Source of the DNA: Deltaproteobacteria bacterium
Lineage (GTDB): Bacteria > Myxococcota > Kuafuiibacteriia > Kuafuiibacteriales > Kuafuiibacteriaceae
Direction: 5' to 3'
DNA: 64,000 bases
NCBI GenBank assembly: GCA_040218735.1
Contig: JAVJQW010000017.1
Coordinates: 160,001-224,000 of the forward strand
The notes under the pieces were generated by a model. It worked only from the letters and a program-made list of their open reading frames with translations. It had not been told where the DNA came from and did no database searches. Of the stretch, positions 44,036-53,338 are shown piece after piece. The first letter of the stretch is position 1. Every line of letters starts with the position of its first letter. Both the position numbers and the translations under genes were made by a program.

Positions 44036-45184
44036 TCAACCCGCGCGTCGGGTCGCGGGACGATTCGGCGTCAGCTCGACGACCTGCGTGGTCTGGAAGA
44101 CGTAGCGCTCGATGTACTGGAGGATGTCCGCCTGCACGGCCTCCGGGAGCAACAGGATCACGACCGGCGCGTGGCTCGCGATGATCTCCCAGAAGATGAT
44201 CGCCTCCAGGTAGCCGTCCTCGATCGCGTCGAGCAGGAGCCCCTCGCTCACGCCGAGCTCTTCCTCGTGCGCGCGGCGAACCGCGATCGACGCGGCCTGG
44301 TTGATCAGGCACTCGCGGTGCATCTGAAGGCGCAGCGGATCCTCGTCGACCGGAGAGCGTCCGCGGCACTCGTCTTCGTACGCCCAACACGCCATACACG
44401 CCGCGAGCGCGAGCCAGCGGAGCCCTTCGTCCTTGTCGAAGCGCATCTCCACGCGTCGGTGCGCGACGCGCTGGATCTTCACGGGCGGCGCGAGCCTCCC
44501 GTCGCGAACCCGGAGGCTCAGCTTCGCAAGCGCGGCCTGGAGGCGTTCGAGCACCGCGGGGTTGTCGCGGTTGATCATGAACGCTCGCGTGAGCACCGAC
44601 TTCGAACGACCGTAGTCGCCGAGCTGGTAGTACGTGTCGCCGAGGAACAGGAGCGCCTGGTAGTCGATCGGGTTGATCGACAGCGCCTTCTCGAACGCCA
44701 CCTCCGCGCGCCGGTAGTCACCGAGCTGGTACAGCGAGTTGCCGAGGTACGTGTACGCCTTGAAGTACTCCGGCGCGAGCTCCACTGCGCGCGCGTAGAT
44801 CGTTCGCGCCGCTTCGAAGTCACGCGCCTCGCACGCGCTCGTGCCCGCGTCGAAGAGCGCTTCCACCTCCGGCCCCGGGCGACTCGACTCGAGGTGCGGC
44901 CGTCCGTCGGGGCGACGCTTCACTTCGACGAACGGATCCATCGGCCCCGTGTTCTTCGACGGGCGCGACATCAACGCTGGGACCTCCTGCCGGGCGACAG
45001 GCATGTCCGAGATGGGCACGTACTCGATGCCGCTCGCGGCGAGGATCGCAGCGATCTGGTCCGGCCTGAACAGCCCCGACGTCTCGTCCGTGTTGGTGTC
45101 GAGCGGCGGCGGCGCAGGGGTGCTGCTCGCGCAGGCCGTCAGTCCGACCGCGAGCACCACCGCTGGAATGCACCGAATCACCAA
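44036..45184 (-). CDS. TPR-repeat lipoprotein
   Basis: GLTA-C lipobox; AYTYLGNSLYQLGDY and ALLFLGDTYYQLGDY TPRs. Confidence 0.82.
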   Translation of the reverse strand: MVIRCIPAVVLAVGLTACASSTPAPPPLDTNTDETSGLFRPDQIAAILAASGIEYVPISDMPVARQEVPALMSRPSKNTGPMDPFVEVKRRPDGRPHLESSRPGPEVEALFDAGTSACEARDFEAARTIYARAVELAPEYFKAYTYLGNSLYQLGDYRRAEVAFEKALSINPIDYQALLFLGDTYYQLGDYGRSKSVLTRAFMINRDNPAVLERLQAALAKLSLRVRDGRLAPPVKIQRVAHRRVEMRFDKDEGLRWLALAACMACWAYEDECRGRSPVDEDPLRLQMHRECLINQAASIAVRRAHEEELGVSEGLLLDAIEDGYLEAIIFWEIIASHAPVVILLLPEAVQADILQYIERYVFQTTQVVELTPNRPATRRAG

Positions 45185-45258
45185 AAATAGCGTAGCACGC
45201 GCCTGAAAATACCCGTCGGCCGCGCAACAAGATCGGCGCGCGTGCCGAAAACCTCGAT

Positions 45259-46383
45259 GTGATCAAGCTCTCCCCTTCGGCGATGACGTGGTGGCCGGAC
45301 CTCGTCGACCACGTGCTCCCGGACTCCGTGCGCGCCGGAGACGCGTTCGATGTGCTGTCGGGACGCTTCGCGATCCAGACGTGGGCGCAGCTGAATCCGC
45401 TCGTGGAGGTCGGCGACGCGATCGGCGTGCGCCGCGCGCGCGATCAGGACCTCACGTCGTCCGGCCTCGGATTCGAGATGATGATCTCCCACCAAGGTGA
45501 CTTCTCGAACGCGCTCGTTCACCTCCCCGCCGCCGACGACCCGGTGTGGCAGACGGGCAAGCTCCCGGTGGTCATCGACGCACACGGGTTCTCCGACGCC
45601 CCCCGCGCGCACTCGAAGCGCTCCAAGATCTCGCAGGCCGCCGTCGAGGGTGGTGCCGTCGCCGTCGCGCTCGGCGGGAGCCGCCACCTGGAGGGCGCGC
45701 CGATCCTCCTCGTCCGCTCGCACGACGGCATGGACAGCCAGCCCGGCAAACCGATGAAGCCGACGGACGGTCCGGAGCAGATCCGGTTCGTGCTGTCCGA
45801 GCTCGAAGCCAAGGTGAACGACTTCGCCGCGCGGAACGGGTTGCCGTCCGTGAAGCTCGACGTCGACGAAGCGGTCATCGACGGCTTCTCCAACGGCGGC
45901 GCGCTCACGGCGATCGCCGTCGCGAGCGGCGCCGCGAAACACGGCGTCTCGTTCTCGGGCCCCACCAGCCCGCAGATCCGCGACCTCGTCCCGCCCGGCC
46001 CGGTGAACATGATCTTCGTCGCGGGTGAAAACGATCCGCTCGTCCCGCCGCAGGGACGCACCGGCCCGATGCAGGCCGACTTCCTGGCGCCGGCCGAGGC
46101 CGCGCAGATCTTCGCCGACCACAACGGCACGGGCCCGCTGAGCGGCGACGACCTCCCGCCGTTCCTGGCGAAGCTCGTCCAGCCGGGCGTCACGGTGACG
46201 GCGACCGGCGATCGCGAGAAGGGCCTCGTCGCGTACGTTCACGTCGAAGGCATGGGCCACGCGGTCCCAGGCTCCGACCCGATGATCTCGAAGGACGTCG
46301 ACCCGCGGATGCGACTGCACTCGTCGGACAAGTTCTCCGGTGCCGAGCTCGTTCAGGACTTCGCGAGCTGGGTGCGAAGCTAA
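45259..46383 (+). CDS. Alpha/beta hydrolase (esterase/PHB-depolymerase-like)
   Basis: PVVIDAHG, GFSNGG, AGENDPLVP, GMGHAVPG (S-D-H triad); no signal peptide. Confidence 0.75.
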   Translation: MIKLSPSAMTWWPDLVDHVLPDSVRAGDAFDVLSGRFAIQTWAQLNPLVEVGDAIGVRRARDQDLTSSGLGFEMMISHQGDFSNALVHLPAADDPVWQTGKLPVVIDAHGFSDAPRAHSKRSKISQAAVEGGAVAVALGGSRHLEGAPILLVRSHDGMDSQPGKPMKPTDGPEQIRFVLSELEAKVNDFAARNGLPSVKLDVDEAVIDGFSNGGALTAIAVASGAAKHGVSFSGPTSPQIRDLVPPGPVNMIFVAGENDPLVPPQGRTGPMQADFLAPAEAAQIFADHNGTGPLSGDDLPPFLAKLVQPGVTVTATGDREKGLVAYVHVEGMGHAVPGSDPMISKDVDPRMRLHSSDKFSGAELVQDFASWVRS

Positions 46384-47225
46384 GCCGCCGACACGAGCTT
46401 CGGCGTCGCTGCGCCGAGGAACTGGTCCGGATCCTCGATCAACTTCTGCAGCCCCTCCAACGCGATCGCGCAGGTGAGCCCGTCCTCGACGCGCTCGTCG
46501 AACGCGTACTTCACTTCGACGATCTTGCGGACCTCGGTGCCCTCGTCGGTCGGCACGACGCGATCCTGCACGCGCCCGATGGTCGCGAAGAACGGACAGT
46601 TCCCCCACTCGTAGAGGTGATGGTACGCGGCGTCGAGGCCGACGCTCCCGAGGTTCGCGACGAACAGCGAGCAGAACATCCCGTCCGGATCCACGAGCGC
46701 ACCCGGCAACCAGCGACGACGCTGAAGCCACATCGCGAAGCGCGCGAAGAGGTTCACCAAGAACCCCGGCACCATCAGGAACAGGTCGTACTCCTTCTCG
46801 GCCGTCGTCTTCTCGCTGCGCCCCTTGTCGACCATCGCGACCACGCGGTCGTGCACGCGGATCGGATCGTCGTCCGGCTCCATCGGCACCTTGAGGAGCA
46901 CCACCTTCGCGTCGGCGGTCATCGCCTTCTTCACCGAGATCGTCAGGTGCACGCCGTCGCGCTGGTACATCCGGTACCCCGCGACGTAGCGATTCAGGTT
47001 CGGATTCGCGTGCAGGAGGCGCCCGGCCGCCGCGAGGTACACGTGCAAGAGCGTGAGGTGCTTGCCGGTCTGTTCGCGCTGACGTTCGAGCCACGCGCGC
47101 GTCTTCGTGAGATCCAGGGTCTGCGTGAAGTACACCGCCGCGCCGTTCCGGTCGGGCGAGATGTGCAGGTACATCCGGCGGTAGGGGGCGACGAGCTTCG
47201 TGACGTCTTGGTCTTTCGCGTACAT
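46380..47225 (-). CDS. Stand-alone 2-oxoacid dehydrogenase E2 catalytic-domain-like acyltransferase
   Basis: PNLNR, ANLGSVG, FDERVEDG (cf. DHRxxDG); no lipoyl domain. Confidence 0.8.
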   Translation of the reverse strand: MYAKDQDVTKLVAPYRRMYLHISPDRNGAAVYFTQTLDLTKTRAWLERQREQTGKHLTLLHVYLAAAGRLLHANPNLNRYVAGYRMYQRDGVHLTISVKKAMTADAKVVLLKVPMEPDDDPIRVHDRVVAMVDKGRSEKTTAEKEYDLFLMVPGFLVNLFARFAMWLQRRRWLPGALVDPDGMFCSLFVANLGSVGLDAAYHHLYEWGNCPFFATIGRVQDRVVPTDEGTEVRKIVEVKYAFDERVEDGLTCAIALEGLQKLIEDPDQFLGAATPKLVSAA

Positions 47226-47244
47226 CGGTTCTTCGTCCTTCTCT

Positions 47245-48381
47245 TCAGTGGATTTCACTCTTGCGCCAACGACGCAGCGATCGCCGAAAGCTCTCCGCGC
47301 TCGCGAAGCCGAGCATCTCGGCGGCGCGTTCGGCCGGGACCCCTTCCCGGAGCAGCCGCTCGGCGCTCTGCTGGCGGAGGCCGTCGACGACCTTCGAGAA
47401 CGTGGTGCCCTCGTCGCTCAGTCGCCGCTGCAGAGTGCGCGGCGTGATCGCGAGGTGCTCCGCGACGCGCTCGAGCACCCGGCCGGCGACGCGGCTGCGC
47501 CGCGCCCCCTGGGCACCTCGCTCGCTTCCTCCCTCACGCGAGGGCGCGAGCTCGAGCACCCGGCCGGCGACGCGGCTGCGCCGCGCCCCCTGGGCACCTC
47601 GCTCGCTTCCTCCCTCACGCGAGGGCGCGAGCTCGAGCTCCAGGTCGTCGTATCCGAGCTGCTGCTCCACGACGTGACAGACCGTCGCCACGAACGACGA
47701 CGACTCGGGGCTGCGCTCCGCCGCCTGCTGCGCGAGGAACTCGTGCACGACCGGGTCCGACGACGTCAGCGCGAGCGCGGAACCCTCCGCACCGAGCGCG
47801 AAGCCGCAGCTGTCGGCGCCGTAGGTGATCGGACACAAAAAGTAGTCGTCGAGGCGCGCCGCGTCGCTCGGCGCTTCGTGTGCGAACCACACGCGCTCCA
47901 ACTCGATGGGGGCCGCGGCGACCAATCGAATCGCGCGCACCACGAACGCGATCGAAAACTCGTTCTGCAGCGCGCCCAGCCCCGAGCTCGATCCGAGGAC
48001 GAGGTACCGGAGCTCGACGCCCGCATCGACGTCCGACACCTCGAAGCGCCCGACGGGGTTGATCTGCCCGCCGTACCGCGCGAGCGCACGCAGCGCCTCC
48101 GCGACGGTCGGCGCGGTGCGCGCGAGGAGCTCGACGAGGCCGTACGTCCCCTCCGGGATCGCCTCCGCGAGCGTGAGGCCGAACGACGGATCCTTCCGGC
48201 GAACCGCCACGTCCTGGATCAACCCGCGCACCGACGACAGCGGCACCGTGCAGGAGCCCATCGCCGCGCTCTCGGGGAGGTGGTGCTTCGCGAGCAGCGC
48301 GGCGCGCTCGTCCGCGTTGGCGTTCGACAGCGACAGCAGCACCGGCGTGAGTCGGAACGTGAAGAGCGGGTCGCTTTTCAT
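47245..48381 (-). CDS. AraC-family regulator carrying an in-frame 54-aa repeat insertion
   Basis: YGLVELLARTAPTVAEAL ligand domain; VAEHLAITPRTLQRRL and AEMLGFASAESFRRS HTHs. Confidence 0.85.
   Translation of the reverse strand: MKSDPLFTFRLTPVLLSLSNANADERAALLAKHHLPESAAMGSCTVPLSSVRGLIQDVAVRRKDPSFGLTLAEAIPEGTYGLVELLARTAPTVAEALRALARYGGQINPVGRFEVSDVDAGVELRYLVLGSSSGLGALQNEFSIAFVVRAIRLVAAAPIELERVWFAHEAPSDAARLDDYFLCPITYGADSCGFALGAEGSALALTSSDPVVHEFLAQQAAERSPESSSFVATVCHVVEQQLGYDDLELELAPSREGGSERGAQGARRSRVAGRVLELAPSREGGSERGAQGARRSRVAGRVLERVAEHLAITPRTLQRRLSDEGTTFSKVVDGLRQQSAERLLREGVPAERAAEMLGFASAESFRRSLRRWRKSEIH
47470..47638. repeat. Perfect 81-bp tandem repeat x2 (+7 bp) inside the AraC CDS
   Basis: Units start at 47470 and 47551; CTCGAGC recurs at 47632; encodes ELAPSREGGSERGAQGARRSRVAGRVL x2. 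Confidence 0.95.
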
Positions 48382-48412
48382 CGCGCCCGGACCGTGCCAC
48401 GCGAAGGCCAGG

Positions 48413-49633
48413 TCATCCAGCGCGCAGCGCGGGGGCATCGGCCTCCTCCTTCAGACCCGCGAGCTCGGCGAGCAGGTGCTGGGCGACGTCGGTCGAGCGA
48501 ACGAGCTGCTCGGGGTCGACGTTTTCGACGGTGTCGCTCGGGTGGTGGTAGCCGCGCGGCGCGTGCTGCTCGGGGTCGATGCAGGTCAACGCGATCGCGC
48601 GATAGCCGTACGCGAGGAACGGGAGCGCGTCCGTGCCCCCCGCGGGGACGACGTACTTCGGCACGGCCGGCTGTCCGGCGTTGGCGGCCGCGGCGTCGAC
48701 GGCGGCGACCAGCGAGGCGGGCCGCTCGATGCGGTACAGCTCGCCCTCCTCCAGCGCGAACAGGTCACCGTTGCTGAGGGTGTCGAGGATGATGATCTCG
48801 GTGTCGTCGCGCGACCACTCGCCCTGCATCGCCTTCACCAGCGCGTAGGCGCCACCGGTGCCGGCCTCCTCCGCGCCCGTGAATCCGAAGACAACCTCCA
48901 CGTCGTCCGCGGCGCGCTGCGCCCACGCCTCCGCGAGCACGACCTGGGCCGCGCAGCCGGTGAGGTTGTCCGCCGCCCCCGGGACGACTTCGTTCTGCAA
49001 GACGACTTGCGCATTGACTAGGAACACGAGCACCGCGGGGATCAACAGCACGTAGCCCGGCCAGCGCGGGAGCTCGAAGAGCACGGACGCGACTTCGAAC
49101 GCCGCCGCCAGGACGACGCCGACCAGCGGCAACGCGAGCTGCTTCTGCAGGAACGGGAGGAACGACGGGGGCGGCGCGGCCATCACCTTCAAGACCTCGG
49201 GACGGAAGAGGAAGCCGGTGTACGCGGAGTCGACGTGGGCGAGGAACACGAGGCGACGGCGCATGGGGCCCTTCGCCGGGCGCGTCGCGAGGAGGTTCTG
49301 GCTGGAGACCTTGGGCCAGAGGTGCCTGAGGATCAGGCCGCGGCGTGTCGCCTCCGAGAAGAAGCTCACCGCGACCAGCACGTGGCCCGCGGCGGCGAGG
49401 TAGGCCCATGGGAGGGCGGCGAAGGCGAGCGCCAACCCGAAGTGCAGCGCGAGGCTCCCGTAGATGTGGCGGGGGTAGCGGAACGCGTGCCACGAGACGT
49501 CGTAGCCGGCCTTCTCGAGGCGCGCTGCGATGGCGTCCTGCGCGGCGCGCTCGTCCGGAGTGCCCGTGAGGCGCGTGCGGGCGATCCCGCCCAGCCAGCG
49601 GAGGGTGGAGACGACGTCGTCGGAGGCGCGCAT
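48413..49633 (-). CDS. Membrane-embedded M28-family metallopeptidase
   Basis: LAHVDS, PGAADNLTG, TGAEEAG, ILDT, GTDA, YHHPSD; internal TM helices. Confidence 0.85.
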   Translation of the reverse strand: MRASDDVVSTLRWLGGIARTRLTGTPDERAAQDAIAARLEKAGYDVSWHAFRYPRHIYGSLALHFGLALAFAALPWAYLAAAGHVLVAVSFFSEATRRGLILRHLWPKVSSQNLLATRPAKGPMRRRLVFLAHVDSAYTGFLFRPEVLKVMAAPPPSFLPFLQKQLALPLVGVVLAAAFEVASVLFELPRWPGYVLLIPAVLVFLVNAQVVLQNEVVPGAADNLTGCAAQVVLAEAWAQRAADDVEVVFGFTGAEEAGTGGAYALVKAMQGEWSRDDTEIIILDTLSNGDLFALEEGELYRIERPASLVAAVDAAAANAGQPAVPKYVVPAGGTDALPFLAYGYRAIALTCIDPEQHAPRGYHHPSDTVENVDPEQLVRSTDVAQHLLAELAGLKEEADAPALRAG

Positions 49634-49706
49634 GTACCGAGGGTGGGATAGCCGCCCACGCCCCGCCCAGAACCGCAGGCGACAAATCGGGGAGCCGACG
49701 CGCCAC

Positions 49707-49788
49707 TTGCGACTCCTGCAACTCGGGGCGCCGCGCGGGTTCACTTGCGGGTGGGTGCAAGAGATCCGGTGTCGGCATGGCCTTTGCT
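49707..49788 (+). promoter_or_regulatory. Enhancer pair + sigma54 promoter cassette (copy 1)
   Basis: TTGCGACTCCTGCAA (49707-49721), TTGC-N8-GCAA (49745-49760), CGGCAT-GGCCT-TTGCT (GG 49774-5, GC 49786-7). Confidence 0.8.
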
Positions 49789-49800
49789 CAGCAGCCACCG

Positions 49801-52746
49801 GTGAGCCGGATCAATCGACGCGAGTTCAGGACCCTCTCCGACCACAACGGTCGGCTGAACATCAACCGGATGCCTCCGCGGTTGATGCGGTCGCTCGAGT
49901 CGCACGGCGTCAGCCGCGCCGAGCTCTCCCGAATCGCCGGCGACGACCACGTCATCTCTGGGCCGGAGTTCAACGCGCTCTTCGACGCGCTGACGGCGCG
50001 CGCAGAACGCGGGGGCAGCGGCAACGACCGCGGCGTGAGCGAAGACCTCTTCAGCTCCCTCGCGTCCCGCATCGAACGGGACGGCGCGACCGAGCGAACG
50101 TCGGACTCGACCCGCTCCACCGTCGGCATCGGCGGGCGCGTGTCGGCGCGTCCCGGGACGGTCGAGACCGACGACGGCACGGCCAACCTGGACGAAGCCG
50201 CCGACCTCGAAGGCCGCACCGACGGCCAGCAGGCGTGTTGGTTCGTCGCGATGCTCCAGTGCATCGCCGAGTTCTTCGTCGAGACGATCGGCGGCGGCGA
50301 CTACATCCGCACCGCCGAGCGCGACGAGGCGCTGGGACGCGAGCTCGGTCGAAACCACGGTGAGTCGCTCCGCGCGATCCTCGACGAGCCGGGCGGCGAA
50401 GACGCCATCCGCGCCCAACTCCAGTCGCAGCGCCCGGAGGGCACCAGCGAGAACGACTGGAACCAGACCGTGAACCAGGTGATGCGCGGCATCCGCGCCG
50501 AGATCGCGAGCGGGCCCGATCTCCCCGACGACGTGGCGCCGTCCGCCGACCTCCTCGTCCGCGACCGCGCCGCCGTGCTCTACGCCGCGAACGACGACGC
50601 CGCCGCGCGCGCGGAGCTCGGCGCGACCGTCGAAGCGCTCGCGCAGAGCGGGCTGTCGACCGAGACGCAGCTCGCCTTGCTGAACCAGTGGGAGTCCGCC
50701 GGGCGTCCCGCCGAGTTCCGCCAGCAGCTCGAAGGTGTGACGCAGGCGCTGGCCGGGCGGAGCGAAGCCGTGCAGACCGCCGCGCGCGAGCAGCTCGACG
50801 CCCACCCCGAGCGCTTCGGTCGGCTCAGCGGTTTGATCCGATCGACCGGGTTCGGGAGCGACCGCATCTCGGACGACGCGCGCATCGCCGCGCTCCGCAC
50901 CACGGGCACGGACACCGCGGAAGCGGTCGCGAACCTCGACCGCCTCGTCGCCGCGGACGGCTTCGAGCGCGTCTCCCCCGAGGTCCAGACCCGCTACGTG
51001 AACATGATGCTCGACGAGTCGGTCGACGCCCGCGAGAAGACGCGCTCGCTTCAGCTCCTCGACGGCGCGCAGACCGGCGACATGGCCGGCATCAACAACG
51101 TGCTCTTCGGCGACGCGACGCTCCAGGCGGGATCGCAGGGCGACGAGGTTCGCCTCGTGCAACGCTACTTGCGCGGCCTCGGCTACGACGGCGTGCTCGG
51201 CATGACCGAGGGCAACACGTTCGACGCGGGGACGACGCGAGCCGTGGAGGCGTTCCAACGCCGCGCCGGCCTCCTCGACGGCAACCCGCCGGCCGCCACC
51301 GCTGGCGTCGTGAACCAGGCGACGATGCGCGCGATGGTGCACGCGCTCCACGCACGCGGGATGGACGCGAACGCCTTCCGCTTCACGACGGACCTGAGCC
51401 TCAACCGCCCCACGCGCGCGACCGACGGTCCGTGGCGCGCGACGCAGCGGTGGACGCCCGCGCTCCAGCAGGAGTTCGAGCAGTTCGCGGACGCGTACGT
51501 GAAGGCGCGCATCCCGCGGCACCCGAACGGACAGGCGCGGCTCCCCGAGTGGGGTGAGCGCGTCGACTGCGCGGACCTCTCGTACGAGGCGTTGATCCAG
51601 TTCGCGCGTCAGCGCGGCCTCCCGATCTCCCTGAGCAACGGCCAGACGACGTTCACGCACCGCAGCCGCGGACCGATCGTCGGACGCGTGCAGAGCGCGA
51701 TGGGCGCGATGCACCTTCGCCAGAACACACGCCCGCTCGGCGAGGGTGAGCTCCCGCGCCCCGGCGACCTCGGCAACATGGACTGGGACCAGAGCGTCGG
51801 CGACGGGCACGACAGCCGCTACTGGCACTCCCACAACATCGTCGACTTCGACCCGCTCTTCCACGAGGCGACGGTCGTCTACGGCAGCCTCGACGACCTC
51901 GTGAAGGAGAGCGCGCTCCAGCGCTTCAACGGGACCGACTACAACCTGACGATCCACGACATCCGCGAACGCGAGATCATCGACGCGATCAACGACGACA
52001 GCGGGCAGAACCGCCAGCAGCCGCGCGCGGAGCAGGAGCGCCGCGTGCGCGAGCTGTTGGAAGGGCACCGCACGGACGCGAGCCGACCCGTCTCGGACGC
52101 CGACGTGAACCGGTTCATCACGATGGTCTCGAACGACGCGAACCTGCACCGCAACGCGCCGACCGCCGTCTCCACGCGCGACGACGCGTTCACGAGCCTG
52201 GTGGAGGGCGGGCGGACCTGGGCCGACCCCACCGCGCGGGCCGCCGCGGTCGCGGACCTGAACCAGCGCTTCGGTGCGCGCTTCACGGAGGCCGACATCG
52301 ATCGCCTCGTCACGGTCTCGAACAGCCGACCGCCGCGCGGCATGACGCGACGGCAAGCGGTGACGCAGGAAGCGGCGCGCCTCGTCGCAGCGCGTGTCCC
52401 CGAGGGCCGTCGCGAGGGCGCGGCCGACGCGCTCCTCGCATCGACGCGGGGCGCGGTGCGCTACCACGCGGTGCGCGACGCCGTGTCGGACCCGGGGCTC
52501 AGGAACACGGCACGCGCCGACTTCAACCGCACCTTCGGCGCGCGCGTGACGGACCGCGACATGGTATCGATCCTTCGGGCCGGTGACGGGAGTGCACGAC
52601 GAGTGGCGGAGGGCATCGTGGCGCGACGTGGCGTCCCGGCCGAGCGCCAGGCCGAGGCCGCGCAGGCGCTCCTCGACGCCGTCGATGGCTCGCGCCGGTT
52701 CCGGAGGTGGGATTTCGATGCGTTCAACGCCGCTCGCGGCCATTAG
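49801..52746 (+). CDS. Peptidoglycan-binding-domain protein with putative papain/NlpC-P60-like Cys-His hydrolase domain
   Basis: LQAGSQGDEVRLVQRYL..LGY..FDAGTTRAVEAFQ..GVV..AT (PG_binding_1); RVDCADL, PRPGD, WHSH; no signal peptide; start moved to GTG 49801 because ATG 49777 lies inside the sigma54 box. Confidence 0.75.
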   Translation: MSRINRREFRTLSDHNGRLNINRMPPRLMRSLESHGVSRAELSRIAGDDHVISGPEFNALFDALTARAERGGSGNDRGVSEDLFSSLASRIERDGATERTSDSTRSTVGIGGRVSARPGTVETDDGTANLDEAADLEGRTDGQQACWFVAMLQCIAEFFVETIGGGDYIRTAERDEALGRELGRNHGESLRAILDEPGGEDAIRAQLQSQRPEGTSENDWNQTVNQVMRGIRAEIASGPDLPDDVAPSADLLVRDRAAVLYAANDDAAARAELGATVEALAQSGLSTETQLALLNQWESAGRPAEFRQQLEGVTQALAGRSEAVQTAAREQLDAHPERFGRLSGLIRSTGFGSDRISDDARIAALRTTGTDTAEAVANLDRLVAADGFERVSPEVQTRYVNMMLDESVDAREKTRSLQLLDGAQTGDMAGINNVLFGDATLQAGSQGDEVRLVQRYLRGLGYDGVLGMTEGNTFDAGTTRAVEAFQRRAGLLDGNPPAATAGVVNQATMRAMVHALHARGMDANAFRFTTDLSLNRPTRATDGPWRATQRWTPALQQEFEQFADAYVKARIPRHPNGQARLPEWGERVDCADLSYEALIQFARQRGLPISLSNGQTTFTHRSRGPIVGRVQSAMGAMHLRQNTRPLGEGELPRPGDLGNMDWDQSVGDGHDSRYWHSHNIVDFDPLFHEATVVYGSLDDLVKESALQRFNGTDYNLTIHDIREREIIDAINDDSGQNRQQPRAEQERRVRELLEGHRTDASRPVSDADVNRFITMVSNDANLHRNAPTAVSTRDDAFTSLVEGGRTWADPTARAAAVADLNQRFGARFTEADIDRLVTVSNSRPPRGMTRRQAVTQEAARLVAARVPEGRREGAADALLASTRGAVRYHAVRDAVSDPGLRNTARADFNRTFGARVTDRDMVSILRAGDGSARRVAEGIVARRGVPAERQAEAAQALLDAVDGSRRFRRWDFDAFNAARGH

Positions 52747-53338
52747 CTTCTGCCTCGTGGCGAGCGTCGCGCTCGCCAAGGACGACACCCCCGACGCGCG
52801 AGGTTTCTCGAAGTCGTCGCCGTGGCACCCCTTCACGAAGTCGAGGACCAACCTGTCGCAGAAGTGCGGCGCCGAGATCTCCACGTTCCACCTCCTCCGC
52901 GACGACCGCGACTGGATGGAGCTCAGCGGCCAAGACCGCTACCTGTGGACCCCCGTCGGTCGCTTCGTGAACCGCGGCGACGGGTGGAAGACGATCGACG
53001 ACGACGCGTGGGACGCCGTTCGCCTCTCGGGGCGATCGCTGCGCGAGCTCTTCGGCGCGCCGCTGGTGCCCGACACCTGGACCATCGCGAAGCACACACA
53101 CGAGGGCACCGCCGTGCACTTCACGCTGGAGGACGGCAAAACCGAGCTGGTCTACGACACCCTGGCCCAAACGTGGCGCGCGCAACGCCCGGGCTGGCGC
53201 GTCACCGAGCTCACGCAATTCGACGGGCGCAAGCTCCCGACGAAGGTCGTCTTCGACGACGGCTGCACGCTGCGACGCGGCTACGAGGTACCGCGGGGGG
53301 AGACGAAGCTCCCGACGCGCGACGAGCTCCCTCTGTGA
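52718..53338 (+). CDS. Secreted/periplasmic hypothetical protein (candidate immunity protein)
   Basis: GGAGG RBS, ATG 52718 overlapping the upstream stop by 29 nt; signal peptide ending ALA-K; two Cys in the mature part. Confidence 0.7.
   Translation: MRSTPLAAISFCLVASVALAKDDTPDARGFSKSSPWHPFTKSRTNLSQKCGAEISTFHLLRDDRDWMELSGQDRYLWTPVGRFVNRGDGWKTIDDDAWDAVRLSGRSLRELFGAPLVPDTWTIAKHTHEGTAVHFTLEDGKTELVYDTLAQTWRAQRPGWRVTELTQFDGRKLPTKVVFDDGCTLRRGYEVPRGETKLPTRDELPL

Noticed and set aside
47470-47638. Possible CRISPR array
   Set aside because: Two contiguous identical 81-bp units, no spacers, in frame within a CDS, no cas genes.
49777-49800. ATG 49777 as start of the PG-binding protein
   Set aside because: Lies inside the -24/-12 sigma54 element; GTG 49801 matches the spacing of the sister cassette.
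49741-52884. 1047-aa minus-strand ORF and other long antisense ORFs (17392-19815, 38170-40311, 58397-60394, 22881-24674)
   Set aside because: Shadow frames of real genes in high-GC DNA; Arg/Ala/Val-rich with no motifs.
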